Positions 30,385 to 39,184 of a stretch of 64,000 nucleotides of DNA are shown one piece after another. How positions within the stretch are numbered: position 1 is the first letter of the stretch; each line of letters begins with the position of its first letter. Source of the stretch: Bacteroidales bacterium (GTDB lineage: Bacteria > Bacteroidota > Bacteroidia > Bacteroidales > UBA932); contig JAFZJI010000057.1 of assembly GCA_017552105.1 (NCBI GenBank), forward strand, positions 4,150 through 68,149. Reading direction: 5' to 3'. The translations under genes and the position numbers were made by a program. The notes below the pieces were generated by a model that searched no databases, was not told where the DNA came from, and saw only the letters and a list, made by a program, of their open reading frames with translations.

Positions 30385-30608
30385 ATTCTTTGGTTTTAAG
30401 TCCGTTGCAAAGGAAGCCTTTCACCAGTCAATCCCCAAAGAAATGCTGGAAACAATTTCCGTTTTTAGCTGTTTCTGCTGACGTTTTAAGTTATAAACAG
30501 TACATCATTTTTATTTAATGCTCCGACTAAACTTAAATTCATTCATGTTTCACGCAAAAATTTGTTTTTCGCCGGAAGCAATCCCATTTTTAGGGCAAAA
30601 AGAAAATT

Positions 30609-30986
30609 ATGGAATCCAATGTCAAATCAGAGAAGAGGCGCTGCCTTAACTGCGGCACCGTCCTTTCGGGCAGGTCCGACAAGCTTTTCTGCTGCGGGCG
30701 GTGCAAGAACGAGTGGCACAACCATATCACCATCACGGAGAAACGCCGCCGGGAGAGGGTTTTCGGAGCGTTGTGGCGGAATTACAAGATACTGCAGATG
30801 ATGATGGACGCCGAGCAGAAGTCCCCTGAAATACAGGCGCTGGGCGAGATGGGTTTCCGCGACGAATATGTGACAGGCTTTCGCAAACGTCGCAACGGCC
30901 GTCACGAGTACCGATGCTTCGACATTACCTATAATAAGACAGAAGCCCGCCTGTACAATCTCAGGCGGGCTCCGGAATTCGTCTAG
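30609..30986 (+). CDS. Zn-ribbon protein (DUF2116-like)
   Basis: CLNCG...GRSDKLFCCGRCKNEWHN, L.RNYKIL, GF..EYVT. Confidence 0.8.
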   Translation: MESNVKSEKRRCLNCGTVLSGRSDKLFCCGRCKNEWHNHITITEKRRRERVFGALWRNYKILQMMMDAEQKSPEIQALGEMGFRDEYVTGFRKRRNGRHEYRCFDITYNKTEARLYNLRRAPEFV

Positions 30987-30994
30987 GACGGAAC

Positions 30995-31411
30995 CTAATC
31001 GATGGAGGGTGCTTCGGTGGTGATTACGTCCTTGATGAATGTATCGTAATCCTCTTCGGTAATCATGCTGCAAGTGCCGTTGATCTGGGCGCCCATTTCC
31101 ACTTGGAGGCGGCGGACATGGATATTGCCGTTTACGGCGGCCGTTCCCTTGAGGGAGAAGGTGTCCTTTACGAAGACATCCCCTTCGATCTTTCCCCAGA
31201 AATCCACATTGGTGCATGCGAGGGTACCGGTGAGGCTGGCATCCTCGCCGACTACCACGCGGCCTTTCGAATAGACCTTTCCCTGCACGGCTCCGTCGAC
31301 ACGGATGTCGGCCACGGAAGAAATCTCACCCTTGACTACGGTACCGGAAGAGATGTGGCTCACATTGTTGGCATCCACTACAGGAGCTGTCGCTTTGTTA
31401 TTGTTATTCAT
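30995..31411 (-). CDS. Bactofilin (polymer-forming cytoskeletal protein)
   Basis: ISSGTVVKGEI, IRVDG.VQG, VNGNI...LQVEMGAQING beta-helix repeats. Confidence 0.9.
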   Translation of the reverse strand: MNNNNKATAPVVDANNVSHISSGTVVKGEISSVADIRVDGAVQGKVYSKGRVVVGEDASLTGTLACTNVDFWGKIEGDVFVKDTFSLKGTAAVNGNIHVRRLQVEMGAQINGTCSMITEEDYDTFIKDVITTEAPSID

Positions 31412-31435
31412 ATGTGCGTGTATTGATTATTAATT

Positions 31436-34400
31436 CTAAACAAGGTCCTTTCCGTGGCACTTCTTGTACTTGAGGCCGCTGCCGCAAGGGCAAGGATCGT
31501 TAGGACGGATTTTCTTGTCGGCCTTGAAAGGAGTGTTGGCCCTCTGCTCACCGTTGGTGGTAAGATCCTGGCGGCCGGCCTGCAAGGTGGACATATCCTG
31601 GCGGGGACGCATGGCGGGGCGGTTGCCAGCCTCGGAAGCATCACGCAGCGGCACGAAGGCACGCAGCAGGAAGCTGAGAACGTCCTGGTTCAGGGATTCC
31701 AGCATCGAAGCAAAGAGGTTGTAGCTCTCCAGCTTGTACACCACGATAGGATCCTTCTGCTCGTAGGAAGCATTCTGGACGCTCTGCTTGAGGTCGTCCA
31801 TGTCGCGCAGATGCTGCTTCCAGTGCTCGTCGATCTGGTAGAGTATGATGTTCTTGCTGAGGGTCTTGCCGACTTCGCGGCCTTCGCTGCTGTAGGCCTT
31901 CTCGAGATTGACCGATACGGTCATGGTCTTGCGGCCGTCGGATACGGGGATGGCGATGTTCTGGTACATCTGGCCCTGCTTCTCGTACACGGTCTTGATG
32001 ATAGGAGCGAGTTTCTCCACCAGCACGGACATCCTGCGGCTGTACACCTCCTGCATATGCTTGATGAGGGCGGCCACTATCTCGTCTTCCTTGGCGTGGG
32101 AGTAGAATGCTTCATCGAATCCTGCATCTATCGAGAGCTTCGCCATCAGGGTCTCTTGGAATTCATCGAAATCCATGCCCTTGCACTGGTCCACGATGAG
32201 CGAGGCGGTATCTATCATCATATTGCTGAGGTCGATCTCGACTTTCTCGCCGCTGATAGCATTGCGGCGGCGGGAGTAGATGGCCTCGCGCTGATAGTTC
32301 ATAACGTCGTCGTACTCGAGGAGGCGCTTACGTATGCCGAAGTTGTTTTCCTCGACCTTCTTCTGGGCGCGCTCGATGGTGGAAGACAGCATGGAGCTCT
32401 CGAGAGCCTCGTCGTCCTTCATGCCGAGACGGTCCACCACGCCGGCGATCCTTTCGGAACCGAACAGGCGCATCAGCTTATCCTCGAGGGAGATGTAGAA
32501 TACGGAGGAACCCGGGTCGCCCTGACGTCCGCTTCGGCCTCGGAGCTGACGGTCCACGCGGCGGCTGTCGTGACGCTCGGTACCTATGATGGCCAGACCT
32601 CCCGCAGCCTTGACCTCGGGAGAAAGCTTGATATCGGTACCACGGCCTGCCATGTTGGTAGCAATGGTGACGGTGCTGCTCTGGCCTGCCTGGGCCACGA
32701 TTTCGGCTTCGCGGGCATTCTCCTTTGCATTCAGCACGTTATGGCGTATGCCACGCATCTTGAGCATTCGGCTGAGGAGTTCGGAAGTCTCCACGTCGGT
32801 GGTACCCACCAGCACCGGGCGGCCCTCGGAGGAGAGTTCGACGATGCGGTTGATCACTGCGGCATATTTCGCTTTCTTGGTCTTGTAGATGAGGTCATCC
32901 TGGTCGTCACGGATGACGGGACGGTTGGTAGGGATTACCATCACGTCCAGTTTATAGATGCTCCAGAACTCACCAGCCTCGGTTTCGGCGGTACCGGTCA
33001 TACCGGAAAGCTTGTGATACATCCTGAAGTAGTTCTGCAGGGTAATGGTCGCAAAGGTCTGGGTAGCAGCTTCGACCTTGACGTTTTCCTTGGCTTCGAC
33101 TGCCTGGTGCAGGCCATCGCTCCAGCGGCGGCCTTCCATGACACGGCCGGTCTGCTCGTCGACGATCTTGATCTTGCCGTCCACGATGATGTAGTCGATA
33201 TCCTTCTCGAACATCGTGTAGGCCTTGAGCAGCTGGTTCACCGTGTGGATACGCTCGCTCTTGAGGGAGAAGTCCTCCATGAGGGCGTCTTTGCGGTGCT
33301 GCTTCTCTTCGAGGGAGATGCCGCCGGTATTCTGGATGGCGGCGATGCCGCTTCCCACGTCGGGGATGACGAAGAAGTCTTCGTTACCCACGGCATTGGC
33401 AAGAACCTCGTGGCCCTTGTCGGTCATGTCTACGGAATGGAGCTGCTCGTTGATCACGAAGTAGAGAGGGTCGGTAACGACCGGCATCTCCCTTTCGTTA
33501 TCCTGCATATAATAGTTCTCGGCCTTCTGCAGAAGCACTTTCATGCCCTGCTCGCTGAGGAACTTGATGAGCGGGGAATACTTGGGAAGGCCTTTGTGGG
33601 CACGGAGGAGGAGTTTTCCGCCTTCCTGCTCGTCGCCGGCGGCGATGGCCTTCTTGGCATCGTTCAGTACCTGGTTCACCAAAGTGCGCTGGGCCTGGTA
33701 GAGCCTCTCGACATAAGGACGGAACTCCATGTACTGACCGTCATCCTCCGCTTTGGCCACGGGGCCGGAAATGATGAGAGGAGTACGGGCATCGTCGATC
33801 AACACGGAGTCGACCTCGTCCACGATGGCATAGTGATGCTTGCGCTGCACAAGGTCGTCGGAGTTGATGGCCATGTTGTCGCGGAGGTAGTCGAAACCGA
33901 ACTCGTTATTGGTACCGAAAGTGATATCGCATTCGTATGCACGGCGGCGGGCATCGGAATTGGGCTGATGCTTGTCGATGCAGTCCACGCTGAGGCCATG
34001 GAACATATAGAGCGGGCCCATCCACTCGGAGTCTCGTTTGGAGAGGTAGTCGTTCACGGTAACCACGTGCACGCCTTTGCCAGCGAGGGCATTGAGGAAT
34101 ACCGGCAAGGTTGCGACGAGTGTCTTACCTTCACCGGTGGCCATTTCGGCGATCTTTCCTTCGTGAAGGGCGATACCGCCGATGAGCTGGACATCATAAT
34201 GCACCATATCCCAAGTGATCTCGTTGCCGCCGGCAACCCACTTGTTGTGATAGATTGCCTTGTCGCCGTCAATGGTCACGAAGTCGTGATTCGCAGCAAG
34301 GTCGCGGTCGAAGTCGTTGGCGACTACGGTGATGTTCTCGTTCTGGGAAAGACGGCGGGCCGTGGACTTCACTATTGCGAAAGCCTCGGGAAGGATCTCG

Positions 34401-34714
34401 GTAAGGGCCTTCTCGATAGCCTCGTCCTCGTCCTTGACAAGCTTGTCGGATTCGGTGGCGAGTTTCTCTTTTTCGGAAACGGGGATATCCTTGTCCAATT
34501 CGAGCTTGATTTCCGCTATACGGTCCTCGAAAGGTTTCTCGACCTCACGCAGATAATTCCGCAATTTTGCCGAATGGGCGCGGAGTTCGTCTGCTGACAA
34601 TTTGTCAATTTCTTCGTATGATGAGAGAATCTTGTTCAGGAGGGGCTTCACTGCCTTGTAGTCACGATCTGCCTTAGAACCGAACAGAGCTTTGATGATG
34701 TCTGCTAATGCCAT
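31436..34714 (-). CDS. secA: Protein translocase subunit SecA
   Basis: AEMATGEGKT, IVDEVDSVLIDDARTPLIISG, ATNMAGRGTDI, C-terminal NDPCPCGSG.KYKKCHG. Confidence 0.98.
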   Translation of the reverse strand: MALADIIKALFGSKADRDYKAVKPLLNKILSSYEEIDKLSADELRAHSAKLRNYLREVEKPFEDRIAEIKLELDKDIPVSEKEKLATESDKLVKDEDEAIEKALTEILPEAFAIVKSTARRLSQNENITVVANDFDRDLAANHDFVTIDGDKAIYHNKWVAGGNEITWDMVHYDVQLIGGIALHEGKIAEMATGEGKTLVATLPVFLNALAGKGVHVVTVNDYLSKRDSEWMGPLYMFHGLSVDCIDKHQPNSDARRRAYECDITFGTNNEFGFDYLRDNMAINSDDLVQRKHHYAIVDEVDSVLIDDARTPLIISGPVAKAEDDGQYMEFRPYVERLYQAQRTLVNQVLNDAKKAIAAGDEQEGGKLLLRAHKGLPKYSPLIKFLSEQGMKVLLQKAENYYMQDNEREMPVVTDPLYFVINEQLHSVDMTDKGHEVLANAVGNEDFFVIPDVGSGIAAIQNTGGISLEEKQHRKDALMEDFSLKSERIHTVNQLLKAYTMFEKDIDYIIVDGKIKIVDEQTGRVMEGRRWSDGLHQAVEAKENVKVEAATQTFATITLQNYFRMYHKLSGMTGTAETEAGEFWSIYKLDVMVIPTNRPVIRDDQDDLIYKTKKAKYAAVINRIVELSSEGRPVLVGTTDVETSELLSRMLKMRGIRHNVLNAKENAREAEIVAQAGQSSTVTIATNMAGRGTDIKLSPEVKAAGGLAIIGTERHDSRRVDRQLRGRSGRQGDPGSSVFYISLEDKLMRLFGSERIAGVVDRLGMKDDEALESSMLSSTIERAQKKVEENNFGIRKRLLEYDDVMNYQREAIYSRRRNAISGEKVEIDLSNMMIDTASLIVDQCKGMDFDEFQETLMAKLSIDAGFDEAFYSHAKEDEIVAALIKHMQEVYSRRMSVLVEKLAPIIKTVYEKQGQMYQNIAIPVSDGRKTMTVSVNLEKAYSSEGREVGKTLSKNIILYQIDEHWKQHLRDMDDLKQSVQNASYEQKDPIVVYKLESYNLFASMLESLNQDVLSFLLRAFVPLRDASEAGNRPAMRPRQDMSTLQAGRQDLTTNGEQRANTPFKADKKIRPNDPCPCGSGLKYKKCHGKDLV

Positions 34715-34795
34715 AAATACTTTATATGTGTAGTCTGCAAATTTAATTAATAATTGGCTATTACAAAAATTTTGCCTATGTTTGCACCACTTTAA

Positions 34796-34866
34796 GCAGG
34801 ATTAGCACATCGGTAGTGCATTGGCTTCCCAAGCCAAGGAGGAGGGTTCGACTCCCTTATCCTGCT
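34796..34866 (+). tRNA. tRNA-Gly (CCC), CCA not encoded
   Basis: GCAGGAT/ATCCTGC acceptor stem, anticodon arm TTGGC-TTCCCAA-GCCAA, GGTTCGACTC T-loop; TATGTTTG promoter upstream. Confidence 0.95.
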
Positions 34867-35942
34867 CGAAATTCGGCAAGGTTCTGTAGGCCGGGGAGGC
34901 GGAAGTAGGCTTCCACGATGTCGGCACGCAGATAAACCTTACGGCCAAGCATGGCCGGATTATCCACCAGATTCAAAGCATTACGTATATCCCCCTGGGA
35001 GAGCTGCACGCTCATGCAACGCTCCCTGTCGGTGCACGACGCCGAATCCGCAATCAGCAGATTGGTCCTGGACGAAAAAGGCCCGGTAAAAGAACACGAC
35101 GTCGAACTCAGGTCTCCTCCGACAATATATCCGCAGACCCACACACCTTTGGCCCCGGCCATGCCCCTGGCCTGCGAAACGCTATATACCACCTCCGGCG
35201 TGTCGGCCCCTCCGCCTATGGAAGACCCGTCCCAGGCTACGGTCGCTTCGGTCCGTATCCTGGTAGTATCCACCCTTACCCGGCAGTCCAGCAGCGAGAC
35301 GGACATGGCCTTTGGCATGGATTCCGCAGTTGTAAGCTTCAGGCACATTATCTCCCCCGCCCTGAGTTCCATGGAATGGACCACATGGGTTTTCCCCTTG
35401 TAATTCAGCATCAGCGATACGGCCCCGGGCTTGAAATACGCCGTCCGCGTTTCGCCATAACCCAGTGCAAGGGTCCCGGCCGCACTCCGCAGGAACACGG
35501 CACCCTCCTTGTAACAGGCCACGAACTTCTCGTCGAAAAGCACCCTGATCCCGGCATTCATCTGCCCCGCCACCAGATCCACTTCGGCAACCTGCCCGTC
35601 ATTCAATATAACGGAGCGGTTATCGCCGAATTGCGGGCTCTCGAAGGCAGGTTCTTCGAATTCCGAAGAAATAATGCCTACTACGTAGGAATCGGCATAA
35701 AGTTTGAATTCGGAAGGGCGGTTGCCCCACAGGTCACGGAAGATGGTTTTACCGTTGCTTCCGGTGATGGAAAGAATATAAGACGAAGTATCCGAAGGGA
35801 CGTCCGACGAACGGGTGCCCACATCGAAATTAAGGCGCAAAGTTGCCGGTTCGGCGGGCTCCTTCATAGGGGAAACACAGGAAACGATAGCAAGCAGCAT
35901 TGGCGCGGCGAGGGCGCAAAAAAGTTGGAAAACTGATTTCAT
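34857..35942 (-). CDS. Lipoprotein with DUF4493-like N-terminus and DUF6359/OB-fold-like C-terminus
   Basis: Lipobox IVSC, PAFESPQFG, YSVSQA..GVWVCGYIVG, ALNLVDNP..LGRKV...YF..PGL. Confidence 0.72.
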   Translation of the reverse strand: MKSVFQLFCALAAPMLLAIVSCVSPMKEPAEPATLRLNFDVGTRSSDVPSDTSSYILSITGSNGKTIFRDLWGNRPSEFKLYADSYVVGIISSEFEEPAFESPQFGDNRSVILNDGQVAEVDLVAGQMNAGIRVLFDEKFVACYKEGAVFLRSAAGTLALGYGETRTAYFKPGAVSLMLNYKGKTHVVHSMELRAGEIMCLKLTTAESMPKAMSVSLLDCRVRVDTTRIRTEATVAWDGSSIGGGADTPEVVYSVSQARGMAGAKGVWVCGYIVGGDLSSTSCSFTGPFSSRTNLLIADSASCTDRERCMSVQLSQGDIRNALNLVDNPAMLGRKVYLRADIVEAYFRLPGLQNLAEFRAG

Positions 35943-36043
35943 ATGGCTCTTTTTTCCAACAAAAGTATAGGAAGTAAACTTAAAATACCCCCCTGAAACA
36001 GGTATAAGAAATACGTTTTTTTATGTTTCAGACACGAAAACTT

Positions 36044-36118
36044 AAAAAAAATTCACGGGGACCCGCATCACTGCGAGCGCCCCGCTACTTAACCTAAACT
36101 TAAACTATGAAAAACTTC
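36044..36118 (-). ncRNA. Candidate small RNA (~75 nt)
   Basis: Perfect -7 element TAGATTTG (36123-36130, minus strand), U-rich single-stranded region, GC hairpin with GUGA tetraloop, then a U8 tract; no ORF. Confidence 0.6.
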
Positions 36119-36191
36119 ACCGCAAATCTAATGATTATTTTTCATAATTACACAATAATTTTTAGAATTACGACGTAATTTCGTCACAAAC

Positions 36192-39101
36192 ATGTTTAAA
36201 ATGAAAAGAATTGCATTTCTGCTGATTACGGTTGTCGCCGCTACGATGGCCGTTTCCTGCAACCGCTACGAAACGGTCAAGGGAGATCCGATGAATGCCA
36301 AGATCTACACTCTCGACAACGGGCTGAAGATCTACATGACCGTCAACAAAGAGGAGCCCCGCCTCCAGACTTTCATCGCGGTACGCGTCGGAGCCAAGAA
36401 CGACCCGAAGGAGACCACCGGTCTCGCCCACTATTTCGAGCACCTCATGTTCAAGGGCACCGAGCAGTTCGGCACCCAGGACTATGAAGCCGAAAAGCCT
36501 TACCTCGACGAGATCGAGCGCCTCTACGAAGAGTACAGGACCATTACCGATCCTGAAGAGCGCAAGGCTCACTACCAGAAGATCGACTCAGTCAGCTACC
36601 AGGCCTCCCTGCTTGCCATCCCCAACGAATACGATAAGCTGATGAGCATGATAGGCAGCCGCGGCAGTAATGCATGGACTTCCTACGACGAAACCGTCTA
36701 CATGGAGGACATCCCTTCCAACCAGCTGGAGAACTGGGCCAAGATCCAGGCCGACCGCTTCCGCAACAATGTCATCCGCGGATTCCATACCGAGCTGGAG
36801 GCCGTTTACGAGGAGTACAACAGGAGCCTCGCCCGCGACATCCGCAAGGCCCTGGACACCATCCAGACCAGCCTCTTCCCCCATCATCCCTACGGCACAC
36901 AGACCGTCCTCGGAACCCAGGAACAGCTGAAGAACCCTTCCATCACCAACATCAAGCGCACTTTCAACACCTACTATCGCCCGAACAATGTCGCCATCTG
37001 CCTCTCCGGTGATTTCAATCCCAAGCAGGCTGTGAAGATCATCGAAAAGTACTTCGGCGGATGGGAGCCCAACCCCGATATACCCAAGTTCGAATACCAG
37101 AAGGAAGAGCCTGTCACCGAACCCATCGTGAAACAGGTTAACGGCGTCGAAGCCGAATTGCTTGCCATGGCCTGGCGCATTCCCGGAACCTCCGATTTCA
37201 AGAACGCCGCAGTGGCCGAGATTGCCGCCAACATACTCTACAACGGGCAGGCCGGCCTCATCGACCTTGATGTGATCCAGCAGCAGAAAGTCCTCTTCCT
37301 GTATTCCTTCATCGAAACGAATACCGACTACAGCATGGTCATCAACCTCGGCAGGCCGCGCCCCGGCCAGACCCTGGAAGAAGTCAGGGACATCCTGCTG
37401 GAAGAAGTCGCCAAGCTGCGTAACGGAGAATTCGACGAGGAACTCATCAGCTCCACCGTCAACAACATCCGACTCGCCAAGATGCGCCAGCTCCAGAGCA
37501 ACGAAGCCCGCGCACACGCTTTCGTGAACGCCTTCATCGCCGGAATCGACTGGAAAGATGCCTCCAAGGACCTGGAATACTACAGCAAGGTCACCAAGGA
37601 GGACGTGGTAGCTTTCGCGAACGAATATCTTAAGGAGAACGCCTACGCCGCGGTGTTCAAGCGCCAGGGCATAGATACCAACCAGAAGAAGATCGAAGCT
37701 CCCGCCATCACCGCCATCGCCACCAACCGCGACAAGCGCAGCGCCTTCCTCGATGAAATCGCAGAGAGCGACGTCAAGCCCATCGAACCCGCTTTCGTCG
37801 ATTTCGACAAGGACATGACCAAGTTCAACCTCTGCGACGGAGTCGACGTGCTCTACAAGCATAACGAGATCAACGAAATCGCTACCGTCGAGTTCATCTT
37901 CAACTGCGGCACCGAGGACAATCCTCTCCTCAACTATGCCTTCAACTACATAAGCTACCTCGGGACCCCCGAGATCTCCCAGGAATACATCGCCCGCAAG
38001 ATGTACAGCCTCGCCTGCGATTTCAGCATGCGTTCTACGCCCCACAACACCTCCATCAGCATCACCGGCCTCAGCGACAACATCGCCGAAGCGATAAGCA
38101 TAGTGGAGACCCTCGTCGCCAATGCGGTTCCGGACGAGAACATCCTCGCCAACTACAAGAACGACCTCATCAAGTCCCGCTTCAACGCCAAGACCAACCA
38201 GAGTGCCTGCTTAGGTGCCTTGCGCCGCTATCTGTTCTACGGTCCCGAGTTCATCAAGAAGACCACCAAGACCAACGAGGAGATACTTGCCCTCAGCTCC
38301 GAGGAACTTCTCGGCACCGCCAGGGAACTTGTCACCAAGGGGCACGAAGTCCTCTATTACGGACCTATGAAGGAATCCGAGGTAAAGAAGATGCTTGCTT
38401 CCTGCCACAAGGTAGGAGAGCATCCCGAAGCCATTGCCGAGACCTTCACCGAACTCCTTCCCACCAAGAGTTCCAAGGTGTTCATCGCCCCTTACGAATC
38501 CAAGCAGTTCCAGTATGTACAGTACACCAACATGGAAGGCAGCTTCAACCTTGCCGATGCCGCCGGCATCGAGATGTATGACGAGTATTTCGGAAGCGGC
38601 ATGAACAGCATCGTCTTCCAGGAGATGAGGGAAGCCCGCGGCTTGGCATACACCGCCTTCGCTTCTTTCATCACTCCATCCTTCAAGGACGAAGGATATG
38701 CCTTCATGGCCTACATCGCCAGCCAGAACGACAAGCTCCGCATTGCCTCCGAGGCCTTCCAGGATATCATCAACAATCTGCCCGAGAGCGAATCCGCTTT
38801 CGAGATTGCGAAGGAAGGAATCCTTTCACGCCTGCGTACCGAGCGCACCACCGGCATGAAGGTGCTGGAAAGCTACCGCAAGTGCCGCCGCCTCGGCGTG
38901 GATGAGCCTGTGGAAAAAGCAGTCTTCGAAGCCATCCAGAATATGACTCTCGAGGATGTGAAGGCCGTCAAGGAGAAATGGCTTGCCGGAAAGGACTACT
39001 ATTACGGCATACTCGGATCCCCTGCCGACCTGGATCAGGAATTCCTCAAGACATTGGGTCCCGTGAAGAACGTTTCCCTCGAGGAAATCTTCGGATTCTA
39101 G
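36192..39101 (+). CDS. M16-family (insulinase) zinc peptidase lipoprotein
   Basis: GLAHYFEHLMFKGT (HxxEH), NAWTSYDETVY, QEMREARGLAY; lipobox AVSC. Confidence 0.93.
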   Translation: MFKMKRIAFLLITVVAATMAVSCNRYETVKGDPMNAKIYTLDNGLKIYMTVNKEEPRLQTFIAVRVGAKNDPKETTGLAHYFEHLMFKGTEQFGTQDYEAEKPYLDEIERLYEEYRTITDPEERKAHYQKIDSVSYQASLLAIPNEYDKLMSMIGSRGSNAWTSYDETVYMEDIPSNQLENWAKIQADRFRNNVIRGFHTELEAVYEEYNRSLARDIRKALDTIQTSLFPHHPYGTQTVLGTQEQLKNPSITNIKRTFNTYYRPNNVAICLSGDFNPKQAVKIIEKYFGGWEPNPDIPKFEYQKEEPVTEPIVKQVNGVEAELLAMAWRIPGTSDFKNAAVAEIAANILYNGQAGLIDLDVIQQQKVLFLYSFIETNTDYSMVINLGRPRPGQTLEEVRDILLEEVAKLRNGEFDEELISSTVNNIRLAKMRQLQSNEARAHAFVNAFIAGIDWKDASKDLEYYSKVTKEDVVAFANEYLKENAYAAVFKRQGIDTNQKKIEAPAITAIATNRDKRSAFLDEIAESDVKPIEPAFVDFDKDMTKFNLCDGVDVLYKHNEINEIATVEFIFNCGTEDNPLLNYAFNYISYLGTPEISQEYIARKMYSLACDFSMRSTPHNTSISITGLSDNIAEAISIVETLVANAVPDENILANYKNDLIKSRFNAKTNQSACLGALRRYLFYGPEFIKKTTKTNEEILALSSEELLGTARELVTKGHEVLYYGPMKESEVKKMLASCHKVGEHPEAIAETFTELLPTKSSKVFIAPYESKQFQYVQYTNMEGSFNLADAAGIEMYDEYFGSGMNSIVFQEMREARGLAYTAFASFITPSFKDEGYAFMAYIASQNDKLRIASEAFQDIINNLPESESAFEIAKEGILSRLRTERTTGMKVLESYRKCRRLGVDEPVEKAVFEAIQNMTLEDVKAVKEKWLAGKDYYYGILGSPADLDQEFLKTLGPVKNVSLEEIFGF

Positions 39102-39113
39102 TGTCTGATACAT

Positions 39114-39165
39114 AAAAAAGTCGGGGGCCTGCGCATCAGGTCCCTGATTTTTTTTATATTTGCAG
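39114..39165 (+). terminator. Intrinsic terminator after the M16 peptidase
   Basis: GTCGGGGGCCTG-CGCAT-CAGGTCCCTGAT hairpin flanked by A and T runs. Confidence 0.7.
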
Positions 39166-39184
39166 CACTAAACTTAAACTTACT

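Noticed and set aside
30485-30537. Possible invertible promoter for the pilus operon (TTTAAGTT/AACTTAAA)
   Set aside because: The inverted repeat is only 8 bp and AT-rich, encloses no clear promoter, and no recombinase is nearby.
30546-30561. parS-like TGTTTCACGCAAAAAT
   Set aside because: Four mismatches to TGTTTCACGTGAAACA; only one half-site.
31454-34597. Very long antisense ORFs (also opposite nifJ, nrdD, parE, gdhA and the dikinase-like gene)
   Set aside because: Expected from strong GC3 codon bias in the sense genes; no recognisable motifs.
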